Positions 32,712 to 41,933 of a stretch of 46,031 nucleotides of DNA are shown in pieces. The stretch comes from a virus (taxonomy: Duplodnaviria; Caudoviricetes), in the IMG/VR virus record IMGVR_UViG_3300025875_000048, positions 1 to 46,031 of that record; one strand, given 5' to 3'. The notes below the pieces were generated by a model. It was not told the origin of the DNA. It ran no database searches and was given only the letters and a program-made list of their open reading frames with translations. The position numbers were made by a program, and so were the translations under genes. Numbering within the stretch: the first letter of the stretch is position 1; every line of letters starts with the position of its first letter.

Positions 32712-33443
32712 CTATTCCTTGGGCTTATAACCTTGGCTGCACCGGCAATTCAGGCGTTCCTGTGGCGGTAGCAAAGGATCGCCCGGGAAGCGTCCGGCAA
32801 AACCACCCACCACAAACATAGCCTGCAAATCCACCGTCTGCCCACCGGCGGCAACGTGTGACGGTCTAGTACGACCGCCTGCCGAATTTACCCAATATTT
32901 ATCCAGCTTCAAGCCGGTAGATTCCGCCCCGGCCAAACTGCCGTAGTTCGAGGCGCTGACAATTTCTGACCGCACTAGCCGCACCGCCCGCGCCCGGCTC
33001 ACCTGCGCCACTTCCTGCCGTAATCGAGCGGCGGCTTCTTGCACGCCCAATCCCTCCCGCACGGCTTCCGTCAGCACCCCTTGTACCAACTCGCGGGTGC
33101 GCTCCGTCAACCCTCGGAGCGCCAACGCGCCCTCCCCTCGGATAAACCGGGTAGCGCGGGCCAACCAGCTTTCCTTTACGGTGGGTGGGGCTGCGGCTTT
33201 CTGGCCTTCCGTCAGGGCATCGTAGGCACGGCTGGCTTCATCCGGCAGGACAGTGCGGTAGAGTTGGGTTAGTACCTTTTCTACCGCCGTAGAGGTCACG
33301 TACGCCGCAGCCAGCGCAGGGTCAGCCCCTTGCTCCACGGCAGAGGCGGCGGCTTCACAGGAGCGGATCAGGGCGCTTGCCATTTTGGGGGCGAATCGAG
33401 CCAGGTGGGCGTCGTGGCGGCGGGCTTCGGGGGTGTCAGGCAT
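32712..33443 (-). CDS. Phage minor head protein (Mu gpF / SPP1 gp7-like)
   Basis: RAVRLVRSE..SASN, KYW, RTRPSH, FPGDP, NCRC motifs. Confidence 0.88.
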   Translation of the reverse strand: MPDTPEARRHDAHLARFAPKMASALIRSCEAAASAVEQGADPALAAAYVTSTAVEKVLTQLYRTVLPDEASRAYDALTEGQKAAAPPTVKESWLARATRFIRGEGALALRGLTERTRELVQGVLTEAVREGLGVQEAAARLRQEVAQVSRARAVRLVRSEIVSASNYGSLAGAESTGLKLDKYWVNSAGGRTRPSHVAAGGQTVDLQAMFVVGGFAGRFPGDPLLPPQERLNCRCSQGYKPKE

Positions 33444-33618
33444 TGACTTGCATTTCAAGGGCTACTTGTTCAGCAACAAAAGCGCGGGTCAACCACAACT
33501 CCTTACCATAGCTAAGCAAGGCAATCGAGCCGTGATCCGGCCGGAAGCCCACGCTTGCAGGTGCCGCCGGTTGTCAAAGCATTCAGGAATTGGTTGCATG
33601 GTTTCGGGGTGGGTGATT

Positions 33619-33885
33619 TTACAGAGCCTCCAAGTCCTTCTGGGCTTGCTCTAAATCAAAAGCCAACATAGTCCGAAGCAGCGTGTGAACCGTAGTCGCT
33701 ATTTGCTTAGACAGAAGCCCGTGCCCTACCTCAAAACGAGCGCGGCCGAACCCGCCGTTCATTCCACTTATTTCTATGTGATCAAGGCTGTCTGACTTGA
33801 GGCGGTCAAGTTCACTCAACTTGTTCGTGGTTTGCTTGATTCGGTCTTGCAGGTAAGTTGCCTTGCGGGCGGTTTCAATGTTCAT
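33619..33885 (-). CDS. Hypothetical coiled-coil protein
   Basis: 88 aa ATG ORF. Confidence 0.65.
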   Translation of the reverse strand: MNIETARKATYLQDRIKQTTNKLSELDRLKSDSLDHIEISGMNGGFGRARFEVGHGLLSKQIATTVHTLLRTMLAFDLEQAQKDLEAL

Positions 33886-33912
33886 AGGTTCCTTTCGTTG
33901 CGTCCGGTGAGT

Positions 33913-34257
33913 CTATTTCGCCTGTAGTTCCTCTTCACTGTAATGCCGCCGACCTAGCAACGCCTCCCACCCCCGACGGTACCACGGACGCGGCCTAGGC
34001 ACAATGGCGTACTTGGTGTAGTGGGGCTGTCGTCCTTCGTGCCAGTCTACAACATCAGCCGCCGCTTCCTGCCGGGTGCCGTGGGCTTGTCCCGACGCAG
34101 TACGGGCGGCGTTCATGCCGTACCACGCGAGTTCTGGCCGCCGCCAATCGGGGCGGAAACAGTGGAGGGTGCCAATCTTCACGCCGTTCAACAGGACGGG
34201 CAAGGCGAGCCCGGCTTTGTCGGGGTGGGTGTCGGGGGTTGGGTAGGAGGCGGTCAT
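33913..34257 (-). CDS. Hypothetical protein
   Basis: ATG overlaps the upstream stop. Confidence 0.6.
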   Translation of the reverse strand: MTASYPTPDTHPDKAGLALPVLLNGVKIGTLHCFRPDWRRPELAWYGMNAARTASGQAHGTRQEAAADVVDWHEGRQPHYTKYAIVPRPRPWYRRGWEALLGRRHYSEEELQAK

Positions 34258-34520
34258 AGTTTACCCTTGCTTAGTCGCGGTCTGTAATTAATCCAAAGCA
34301 TATTGAGCAGGCTGCGCAAATGAGAGCGCATATCCTGCTTGCATACACTGGAGCTTATCAGTTTACCGCCGCCGAACTTGGATGCGGCATACAGAGTAGC
34401 CCGCTCCTCTACCAAGGCGGGGGTTGGGGAAAAGCAAATACCATTCATGGTTTGCACAACCAGCTTTCCGTCTATATCCGGCATCTGATACACAATCAGG
34501 TAGGTGTAGAGGCTAATCAT
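34254..34520 (-). CDS. Hypothetical protein
   Basis: Tight operon spacing. Confidence 0.6.
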   Translation of the reverse strand: MISLYTYLIVYQMPDIDGKLVVQTMNGICFSPTPALVEERATLYAASKFGGGKLISSSVCKQDMRSHLRSLLNMLWINYRPRLSKGKL

Positions 34521-34524
34521 GTGG

Positions 34525-34887
34525 TTACTCGGCTTTCGGTTGGCCTATCATCTCCGTCGGGCTGAGCGAACGAAACCAATGCGTAATCTCAGTCCCAATC
34601 GGAAAGGGCTTGCCGGTGTTGGCATCCAGCCATTTCTGCCAGTCACTATCGAACTTGCCTCGTCCTAACCAGACGGGAGTAGGACTACTGGGTGTCGTAC
34701 CGGCTACATGGTAGTAGCGGTCGTAGATGTATTCTCCGTCGGCTACGCGTGGCCAGTCGGGGCGGATGCGGTCGAGTTCACCAACCACTGCCGCCAATGC
34801 CTGCGTCAGCGGGGAGGCTGGGCTTTCCGTCTGCGCTTCTTGCAGGAGTTCGCGTATCTGTTCTTCTCGTTGGGGGCTTAGTTTCAT
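34525..34887 (-). CDS. Hypothetical protein (DUF551-like ITHW C-terminus)
   Basis: W......G...ITHW motif. Confidence 0.6.
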   Translation of the reverse strand: MKLSPQREEQIRELLQEAQTESPASPLTQALAAVVGELDRIRPDWPRVADGEYIYDRYYHVAGTTPSSPTPVWLGRGKFDSDWQKWLDANTGKPFPIGTEITHWFRSLSPTEMIGQPKAE

Positions 34888-34902
34888 GGCTAAGGGGGTT
34901 AA

Positions 34903-35175
34903 TTAACCGGGGAAAGCATCGTAAGAAACCACATCCTGTACGGTCTCTCTTTTGCAGACATCACAATCATACTGCCGGGGCGTGCCAATAAAATCTTGCA
35001 CGCTGTTTGCAAAATCAGCCCACGCTACAGTAGTCCGCTGGCTGAAATACCAGTGATGAAAGGTGTTGCAGCGCCTACACTTTGTTTCGTATTGCCAAAT
35101 TGACGAGGCTTCGGGCGGAGTGCGATTTAGTTTCTGGGGCATGGGGCAAGGGGAGTGAGAGGGTGAGCTAGGCAA
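34903..35175 (-). CDS. Small zinc-ribbon hypothetical protein
   Basis: CRRC and CDVC pairs; the true start may be the internal ATG (MPQK). Confidence 0.6.
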   Translation of the reverse strand: MPSSPSHSPCPMPQKLNRTPPEASSIWQYETKCRRCNTFHHWYFSQRTTVAWADFANSVQDFIGTPRQYDCDVCKRETVQDVVSYDAFPG

Positions 35176-35827
35176 CGGTGGAGTAACGCGACTGCAAACG
35201 CTGGTGTAGCAGCTCGTTCCATCGGGCGTCGGCTAGGGCATTGTGTTCAAAAGCGTTGTTAGGCTTGATGGTGTCCGGCGCGTTCAACCGCACCATTTCC
35301 TGCTTCAAATCCGTGCAGTACATCGGGAAGCCCGCCGGTAGATTCACCATGCGCCCGAACAGCTGGCAGAACACCACCCAATCGTAATCCGCGAAGTAGC
35401 CGTAAAACTGGTGTGAGTCAGTGAACTTGGCTTCAAAGAAGCTATCCATTGAGCCGACGTGGTGTTCATAAGCCTCGTGGTGCACGAAGGTTAGCAGGTT
35501 CCAGGCTAGCATTCCTTTGCTGTGCCCATGCTTCTTGAACAGCCGACGCATAACCGGCAAACTGAAATCGTCAATACTAAGCGCCTTCAAGGCAGGCGGG
35601 GTATACTGACGCCAAATCGGGGCAAGCACATTCTTGCGCACCCACTCGTTTTCCCATGCGTACTGCAACTCGCAATCGGCATTCAACAGATACAGCTCCC
35701 GCCCGTCTTCCGCTACCAGCGCAATACTAATCAGGTCGATAGTCGGCACCGGCGGGCCAACCTTAAGGCCCAACACCTTCCGCTGTTTGGCGCACTCAAT
35801 GAACTCGGTATCGATATAGTACTTCAT
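35168..35827 (-). CDS. DEDDh 3'-5' exoribonuclease, Rv2179c/RNase AS-like
   Basis: YIDTEF, LISIALV, YFADYDWV, PMYCTDLKQ, HNALADARW. Confidence 0.88.
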   Translation of the reverse strand: MKYYIDTEFIECAKQRKVLGLKVGPPVPTIDLISIALVAEDGRELYLLNADCELQYAWENEWVRKNVLAPIWRQYTPPALKALSIDDFSLPVMRRLFKKHGHSKGMLAWNLLTFVHHEAYEHHVGSMDSFFEAKFTDSHQFYGYFADYDWVVFCQLFGRMVNLPAGFPMYCTDLKQEMVRLNAPDTIKPNNAFEHNALADARWNELLHQRLQSRYSTVA

Positions 35828-35881
35828 CTATTTGGGGCTTTCAGGTACTAGGGGGAAGAGTCAGAGAGGGAGAACGATTGC

Positions 35882-36202
35882 TTAGTAGTCGTGCTGTTGC
35901 AAGTCTCCGCAAGTAGAGCCTGTAAAGCCGCCTGAGTAGGGGCTTGGTATTTCCAGTGTCCCCGTCCCAGGCCCGGTAAACATTGCTTTCACGCACGGGC
36001 CGGCCGGCTGCGGCAATCCGTCCAACACAGCGGCTTTGGCTGGGTCTATCGGCGTGTCATAAATGGCCCGCCATACGCGGTTAGATTCAGTGTGTAGTCC
36101 GGCTTTGGCAAGGTTGCAGGCCAGCAGGTTGGCGTATGCCATTGCCTTTTCAGTATCTCCTTCTTTGGCAGCGCGGATAAGTTGGCAGATTTCGGTATAC
36201 AT
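35882..36202 (-). CDS. Hypothetical protein
   Basis: 106 aa ATG ORF. Confidence 0.6.
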   Translation of the reverse strand: MYTEICQLIRAAKEGDTEKAMAYANLLACNLAKAGLHTESNRVWRAIYDTPIDPAKAAVLDGLPQPAGPCVKAMFTGPGTGTLEIPSPYSGGFTGSTCGDLQQHDY

Positions 36203-36254
36203 GGCTCAGGTACTAGGAGAGGGGAGAGTGTCTATCTGGGAGAGAGGGGAGGGG

Positions 36255-36599
36255 CTAGGCGTGGTGCTTGACGAACGCCGCCGTCGTGTCAAATACAGGG
36301 CTTGCCATGTCCAGCTTCGTCCGGTCGTAAGCCCTAAGCCGTTCCGCAATCCGCATGAGCTGGTTGGGCTGGTTCAGTTTCTCCAACAGAATCAACGCCC
36401 CGGCACAATGCTGTGCATCTGAATCAGAGTACACCTCGCCCTCTTCGTCGTGCTTCGTGGTTTTGTGGCAGGCAAACGTCTGTTGCTGGGCCGTGATAGC
36501 CAGGGAGATTTGGCGAGCACGGCTACGGCCCAACCATCCTTTGGTACAGTCGGTGCGAAACGGGCAATCGGCGCAGGGGCGTTTCAGTGTGAAGTGCAT
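36255..36599 (-). CDS. Cys-rich hypothetical protein
   Basis: PCADCPFR, FACHKT, QHCAGA; ATG 36599. Confidence 0.7.
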   Translation of the reverse strand: MHFTLKRPCADCPFRTDCTKGWLGRSRARQISLAITAQQQTFACHKTTKHDEEGEVYSDSDAQHCAGALILLEKLNQPNQLMRIAERLRAYDRTKLDMASPVFDTTAAFVKHHA

Positions 36600-36609
36600 G
36601 CTATAAATG

Positions 36610-36975
36610 TTATTTGACGCAACGGACGTTGAACAGCTGCCGACGCTTTGAAATACTGGCAATCAACTCCTCTTCGACCACAAAAGCCGCGTGGGCCTCA
36701 CCCGAATGCACCAAGCGCATGACAGGGCGTAATCCCTGCTGTATTAGCGAGTAAATCCAAGCCGCTTTAGCGTTGTATCTGTGGCAGGCGCGGGCGTCAG
36801 CCATATGCCCATTGTATCGTGCCCAAGGGACGCTATTTGTGCAGCCGACGTATCGAATGCGCTTTAACACAGGGCAGTACAATACATAGACGTGCGAAGT
36901 GTTGCAATCCTTTTCGTTATACAGCGAGAGGTTGGATATGCTTCGTTTGGCAATCGCATTCTTAGGCATCTTCAT
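36610..36975 (-). CDS. GIY-YIG nuclease family protein
   Basis: HVYVL...IRYVGCT.....R...H, conserved E and terminal N. Confidence 0.75.
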   Translation of the reverse strand: MKMPKNAIAKRSISNLSLYNEKDCNTSHVYVLYCPVLKRIRYVGCTNSVPWARYNGHMADARACHRYNAKAAWIYSLIQQGLRPVMRLVHSGEAHAAFVVEEELIASISKRRQLFNVRCVK

Positions 36976-36998
36976 ATATGCGCTGTTAGAGTGTCATG

Positions 36999-37088
36999 TA
37001 AAGATAACAATCTATCAACCACTTACCGCAAATATCTTAATAATATATTAAGTATTTATTGCCAACAATACGCTGTATGCTATCTTTA
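36999..37088. promoter_or_regulatory. Divergent promoter pair in an AT-rich spacer
   Basis: TATCTTTA on minus (37006-36999) and on plus (37081-37088, ATG at 37093). Confidence 0.6.
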
Positions 37089-37092
37089 CAAA

Positions 37093-37260
37093 ATGAGTGA
37101 AACACCTAAGAAGCGCGGGCCACGCCCGAAAGACCCTGCAATCAAAAAGCAGTCCTACAGCCTCTCACTCACGCCCTCTCAGATTGCCAACCTTGAAGCC
37201 AAAGCAGAGGCAGAAAAGGTAAACACTAGCGAGTTTATCATTAAGAAGTTGAGGCTCTAG
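37093..37260 (+). CDS. Small ribbon-helix-helix-like regulator (55 aa)
   Basis: KKRGPRPK..KQSYSLSLT....LEAKAEAEKVNTSEFII. Confidence 0.65.
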   Translation: MSETPKKRGPRPKDPAIKKQSYSLSLTPSQIANLEAKAEAEKVNTSEFIIKKLRL

Positions 37261-37403
37261 CAGAGTATGCCAAGCTCTTAGATATAAGTCCGGTGGAGGT
37301 GTACCGGCGGCTCAAAGACGGTCGGATTGAAGGTGTAGATATTGGCAAGGGCAAGCGGCTGATTAAGTTCGTGCTTCTACCTGACCCCACCCCACCCACC
37401 TAG
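37245..37403 (+). pseudogene. Start-less excisionase-like HTH fragment
   Basis: Open frame EVEALAEYAKLLDISPVEVYRRLKDGRIEGVDIGKGKRLIKF with a TAA immediately upstream. Confidence 0.4.
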
Positions 37404-37406
37404 ACA

Positions 37407-37664
37407 CTACACTACCTGTCGTTTGCCTCTTCCTTCTACGGATTCCTGTAGATCATACAAGGAGCGGATGGTATGCCGGGCGACCATCTTACCAGCTCCT
37501 GTGAACTCGCAGGCGGTTTGCATACCGGGACGGGGACAGAGGGTGAGGTAATTATCATTCGGCAATGAGGCGTGGTACGTGCGGGTCGGGAACGGTTGGG
37601 CTGGGCTGTTGGTGCGGAAGCCGAGGCGCTTGAGGTCGGATTCGGTGGGCTGGAAAGCTGGCAT
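37407..37664 (-). CDS. Hypothetical protein
   Basis: Likely start MPAFQPTESDLKRLGF; downstream of the portal. Confidence 0.6.
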   Translation of the reverse strand: MPAFQPTESDLKRLGFRTNSPAQPFPTRTYHASLPNDNYLTLCPRPGMQTACEFTGAGKMVARHTIRSLYDLQESVEGRGKRQVV

Positions 37665-37743
37665 AGTGCAATTTAGATTTAAGAAAGTATCGAAATTATC
37701 GGGCATAGTACCTGGCGCAGGCTTAGATGCACTTGCTTTCATC

Positions 37744-39072
37744 CTATCCTTCTGGTAGCTCGGGCAACTCATCCGACGGCCGCAAGCCAGCGGGTATGAA
37801 GTACTTGTCCATGTCCGGGTCTTCCTGCAACCCCATCATGGCCCGCTTCTCACTGCCTTTCACCCACCACGCCGTGGCCAGCCATTCGGCCAGTGCCTTC
37901 TTGTCCTGCTGTAGCTCCTGTACTTCGCTGGTGTCCACCTGCAGCCACGCCTGTTTCGGCTTGTACCCAAACAACGGGCACAACCACCGGGAAAACTCCG
38001 CTACCTGACTATGGCAGTAAGGAAGGATGGCATCGGTATAGAGGGCCTTCCGAGCGTTCTGGTAGTTGTTGTCGGTGCTGGCGTCCATGTCCCCCAACAA
38101 GACCGCCGAAAAGCCAAACCAGCCGCACACTTCGCGGAAGTTGGCCGTACGCAAGTCCAGAATCGCCAAGTCTACTGCCGTAGCCCCAGTAGAGACGAAC
38201 TCCACCTTTTCGGTCACAATCGGAATCTTGCCCCGGTTTTCCACTCCAGTGTAGCGGGCGTCGAAGCGGTTGCGGATATCAGAGATCGTCGGAGCTGATA
38301 AGGTAATGGCGGTCTGGTTGTCCGGCGGGAACGAAATAATACCGGGTGGGCCGCCGTGCTGCAATAAACTATTTTGCGCGTGGGAGCTACTGCGGTCAGT
38401 GGTGATTTCCCGGTAGGCCGATTGGGCGGTACTGGTGCCCCTTCTTTCTCCTGGCAGGCTGTTGTTTTTCAGAAACAGCAGCTCCGACGGGTCTAAATCA
38501 ATATAGTCGTTTGGCTTGGTTGGATTAGGCGTATACCGGTACGCCGTAACGGGCTCCATATACCCCCCGCCAATCTCTTTTACAGCAGGAGGGGGCAGCA
38601 TCCACAACTCAGTCGGCTGGCCTTTGCGGGGGCCGCTCTCCAGGCGGTTGGCCCAGATGGGCACGGTTCCTTCCGCGTGGTGCAACACGCTCAACTGCCA
38701 CATAAACCGCCCGTAGCTCGTCATGGGGTTGGGCTGCCAGAGCAGGTCGAGCAGCGGGGTATCAAACGGTTCCTGTTTCGGTTTCCCATCGGCCCCCCTA
38801 GTCCACAACGTCCACGGCAGGGCGCTGGCCTTGCCGGCAAAGAACGTGTTGGCCCGCCCGAATTGTCCGACGAGGCGCTCCCGGAGCTTCTGCCGTTCGG
38901 GGTCTAAGTAGGCTGCGTCATTGCCCACCAGCTGGTAGTTGGGGTTGGTGCGACCCAGGTAGTCCATGCCAACCAAGGCTTTTTGCAGGAAGGCATCGTC
39001 GTACTTGGTCAGACCACTAGTGCCCAACCCAAACGTCTGGAGTGCGGCATTCAGGATATCAGGAAGGGGCAT
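37744..39072 (-). CDS. Portal protein (HK97 family)
   Basis: LLWQPNP.., G...ELW.LPP, ENRGKI, DLAIL, VCGWFG...VLLG...ST..N. Confidence 0.93.
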   Translation of the reverse strand: MPLPDILNAALQTFGLGTSGLTKYDDAFLQKALVGMDYLGRTNPNYQLVGNDAAYLDPERQKLRERLVGQFGRANTFFAGKASALPWTLWTRGADGKPKQEPFDTPLLDLLWQPNPMTSYGRFMWQLSVLHHAEGTVPIWANRLESGPRKGQPTELWMLPPPAVKEIGGGYMEPVTAYRYTPNPTKPNDYIDLDPSELLFLKNNSLPGERRGTSTAQSAYREITTDRSSSHAQNSLLQHGGPPGIISFPPDNQTAITLSAPTISDIRNRFDARYTGVENRGKIPIVTEKVEFVSTGATAVDLAILDLRTANFREVCGWFGFSAVLLGDMDASTDNNYQNARKALYTDAILPYCHSQVAEFSRWLCPLFGYKPKQAWLQVDTSEVQELQQDKKALAEWLATAWWVKGSEKRAMMGLQEDPDMDKYFIPAGLRPSDELPELPEG

Positions 39073-39074
39073 AG

Positions 39075-40544
39075 CTAGAGGGATTGGGCTTCGCGAGTTT
39101 TGCGGGTGGTACTGATGGTGTGACGCTTCACGGCCTGCACGAGCATATCCACGCTTTCGTCGTGGGCGGCGTTGGGAAAGGTGCTGACTTCATCGAGCCA
39201 CGTTTCGCACCAGCTACCGTCGATTAAGACCACGCGCAAGGATTCGCAGAAAGGAGCAATGCTGTTGGCGCGGGTTACTTTATCCTCGGTGGGCGCAGGG
39301 GCTTCCAAGACGTTGAGCTTGGTGTCTTCCCGAATGGTCTGCACGGTACTCAGGCCGTTGGCTTTGGGCTCGATGTAGAGCTTGCTTTCAGGGGTGTAAC
39401 CTTGGGCCTGCACGAATTCCGGTAGATAGCGCACGAGTTGCGGCATCTCCAGCCGGACCCAACTGAACTGCCGGATGTAGAGCACATTGCCCACAAACGC
39501 CGACGCCATCACCCCCGTGGGGTCGTTTTCTTTCTTCTTGGTAAAGGCGGTATCGGCATCGAACTCCCACGTTACCGCTTGTCCTTTGGTCAACACCAAA
39601 AGATCCGGCCAGCTGATGCGGCCAAACCACGCCTTTTTAAACTTACCCCCGCCTTCGGGGCTGGGACGCTGGGCAAACTGGCCGGCGTACCCGTAGCTTC
39701 CTAAGTCCTGCTTGGCTTTGGTGATGGCTTCGATATCAAGCCGGTTGATGTCTAGTAGCCCATCAGTGTAGTAGCGGGCGGCTTCAGCGGGGCGGATTCG
39801 ATCACTGGCTTCGGCGGGCAGACAGATGTGACGCAGCCGTGGCTTATTAGCCAGCCACACCCCGGCTGGATCTAGCTCGTGCAGGCGCTGCATCACCATA
39901 ATGGTGACGGTGCGCTTCTTGTTGGTCTTTCGGGTGGAGAGGGTCTTGGAAACAAACCGATTCGCCCGGACGCGGGTGGTTTCGCTTTCCGCTTCTTCGG
40001 GGTTAATGGGATCATCAACCAGGATGAAATCGCCGTGCATGCCCGTCACCCGACCCCCGGTAGAGGTCACGAACCGCTCGCCTTTCTGGGTGTTTTTGTA
40101 GGCGGTCTTGCCGTCCTGATCGTGTTTGAACTCGATTAAGCCCGGAAATACCGCCCGAAACTTGTCGCTCTTCAAACAATCCCTTGTTTTCACCGCGTGG
40201 CTAATGCTCAGATCGGCCGCGTAAGAAGAGCTAATCACGCGAATGGAGGCATTGCGCACCCACAACCACGCGGGGAACAACTGGGTTACGGTGGTGCTTT
40301 TGCTGCTGCCTGGGGGAACGTTGATCAGTACGTCGGGCTGGCTTTCGCCCCGCGCCCACGTTTCGTACACCTCCTGCAATTGGTCGCAAATGAACTCGAT
40401 ATGCCAGTTGGGCACCAGTTCCGTCGCCTCGATGGTTTCCCAGAACTCCAGAAAGAAGAAGTAGAAGCGGTCGCGACACAGATCAGCCACCAGCTCTTCT
40501 TCCGTTGGAATATCCTCCAGAATCTCTTCTTCCAGCAACGTCAT
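39075..40544 (-). CDS. terL: Terminase large subunit
   Basis: INVPPGSSKST Walker A, ILVDDP Walker B, MQRLHE, DTA, HDESVD nuclease motifs. Confidence 0.95.
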   Translation of the reverse strand: MTLLEEEILEDIPTEEELVADLCRDRFYFFFLEFWETIEATELVPNWHIEFICDQLQEVYETWARGESQPDVLINVPPGSSKSTTVTQLFPAWLWVRNASIRVISSSYAADLSISHAVKTRDCLKSDKFRAVFPGLIEFKHDQDGKTAYKNTQKGERFVTSTGGRVTGMHGDFILVDDPINPEEAESETTRVRANRFVSKTLSTRKTNKKRTVTIMVMQRLHELDPAGVWLANKPRLRHICLPAEASDRIRPAEAARYYTDGLLDINRLDIEAITKAKQDLGSYGYAGQFAQRPSPEGGGKFKKAWFGRISWPDLLVLTKGQAVTWEFDADTAFTKKKENDPTGVMASAFVGNVLYIRQFSWVRLEMPQLVRYLPEFVQAQGYTPESKLYIEPKANGLSTVQTIREDTKLNVLEAPAPTEDKVTRANSIAPFCESLRVVLIDGSWCETWLDEVSTFPNAAHDESVDMLVQAVKRHTISTTRKTREAQSL

Positions 40545-41062
40545 TCCGCGTCGCCCTCCTTCGGCTGGAGTTTGCGACGGATAGCGAGTAAGGCCAGCTT
40601 ATCTTCCCGCGTAAGCCGGGATAAGTCCGAGGGCGGCACTAAAGGAGCCCCGTCTTTCCCTGTTACTTCTTTGCGGTCTTTGTATTTATCGGGCCGGTGG
40701 GCTTTGAGCAGGGTGATTAAGACCGTATCACTACCAACATGCTCGAAATACGGCTCTCCTGTAACCGGATGCAGGATCGGGTCGCCGGACTTGGTGAACT
40801 TGTACTGGATGTCTTCAAAGTTAGCCCGGCGCCACGCCCGGTCTTCCAGGGTATCGGCGGCTATCTCCAAGGCTTCGTCCCAGTCTTCGGCAAAGCTGGG
40901 ATCAGCCGCCCGGCAGGTGTAGGCCCACGACCTAGCCACTTCCGCAGCGGCGGCGGCTTTGGTGATGTTGCCATTGCTGGCCAACGCAACCAGGAAAGCC
41001 CGTCGCCAAGAGGCAAGGGGCTGTTGCGCGTGCGTTGGGTCGTCCTGTTTCGTCCTGTCCAC
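40541..41062 (-). CDS. terS: Terminase small subunit
   Basis: FL..L...GNITKAA.AA.V.R..AY..R..DP.FAE.WDEA, DTVLI.LLKA.RP.KY; GTG 41062 follows the late promoter. Confidence 0.85.
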   Translation of the reverse strand: MDRTKQDDPTHAQQPLASWRRAFLVALASNGNITKAAAAAEVARSWAYTCRAADPSFAEDWDEALEIAADTLEDRAWRRANFEDIQYKFTKSGDPILHPVTGEPYFEHVGSDTVLITLLKAHRPDKYKDRKEVTGKDGAPLVPPSDLSRLTREDKLALLAIRRKLQPKEGDAE

Positions 41063-41065
41063 AAC

Positions 41066-41131
41066 CAAAACTACCCGCTCCCCACCCCAGCAGCGGGCTG
41101 GCTGGAATCCTTTGGTTGAGTGAACAGGCCG
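41066..41131 (-). promoter_or_regulatory. Late promoter (21-bp box plus -7 element)
   Basis: Identical box 41131-41111, 37 nt, TAGTTTTG (41073-41066). Confidence 0.8.
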
Positions 41132-41132
41132 A

Positions 41133-41729
41133 CTACAAGGGAAGCAAGGCGTAATACCCGGGCTCTACCTCTTCGCCCAACTGAAAATGCAGCACCGAGC
41201 GGATTTCGTGATGGAGCCCGGCAATCGAGGTGGAACTGTGGAATCCTCCTTTCCGGGTCTGGCCAGCGGCGGCTACGGTTTGAATGGTAGGGCGCAGGAA
41301 GTGGCCCCGGGTCAACACATGGGAGGTTACGAATTGCGCGCGGGCCGTGGCGGATTTGGGCAGCCGTCGGCCGGCGGTGGCGCGTGTATCCAAATACCAT
41401 GTTCCCCCGCGACGGCCGGGCGGCACGATTTCCACTGCCGTGCTAATAGAGCCCGGGCCGAAGCCGACGCGCGCCCGCTCTTCTTTGGGCTTGCGTAATT
41501 CCCGCTCTTTCAAGTGGCGGTCAATGGCTTGAAACAAAGCCCGGCTCAGGGTAACCCGGTTGGGCAGGCGGACGCTTAATACCGCTTCTTCGCGGGGCCG
41601 GTATTTTTTCCGGGCGGGTGGCGCGGGTGGCAAAGCCGGCACCTCCACAATCCTAGCTACCTGTTGCCGGGGTAGAGAACCAGGGGAAGTAGGAAGAAAG
41701 GAGGTAGGGCGTTTAGATGGTGGGGTCAT
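41133..41729 (-). CDS. Hypothetical basic protein (late-activator candidate by position)
   Basis: 198 aa ATG ORF ending 1 nt before the first late box. Confidence 0.6.
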   Translation of the reverse strand: MTPPSKRPTSFLPTSPGSLPRQQVARIVEVPALPPAPPARKKYRPREEAVLSVRLPNRVTLSRALFQAIDRHLKERELRKPKEERARVGFGPGSISTAVEIVPPGRRGGTWYLDTRATAGRRLPKSATARAQFVTSHVLTRGHFLRPTIQTVAAAGQTRKGGFHSSTSIAGLHHEIRSVLHFQLGEEVEPGYYALLPL

Positions 41730-41740
41730 GGAGTAGGTGG

Positions 41741-41911
41741 TTAGGCTTGTATAGTGGTCTTCTTGTGCTCATACCAGGCTACATAACACCAGCCGACAAG
41801 GAAGGAAAGCCAACCGGCGGCGGCGCTGGTGTTGTGCAGCCACAAGCTCAGGCCAATATTCAGCAGGGTAGTAATCAAGCACAGGAGGGTGCTAATCGGT
41901 ATTTTCTTCAT
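41741..41911 (-). CDS. Small two-TM membrane protein (56 aa, not in ORF track)
   Basis: Manual translation MKKIPISTLLCLITTLLNIGLSLWLH... Confidence 0.55.
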   Translation of the reverse strand: MKKIPISTLLCLITTLLNIGLSLWLHNTSAAAGWLSFLVGWCYVAWYEHKKTTIQA

Positions 41912-41933
41912 ATCTGTTCTGCTTTAAGGCCAG

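Noticed and set aside
19429-41131. The 21-bp repeats as CRISPR repeats or recombination/inversion sites
   Set aside because: Kilobases apart, same orientation and at fixed spacing to a -7 element; a promoter role explains them better.
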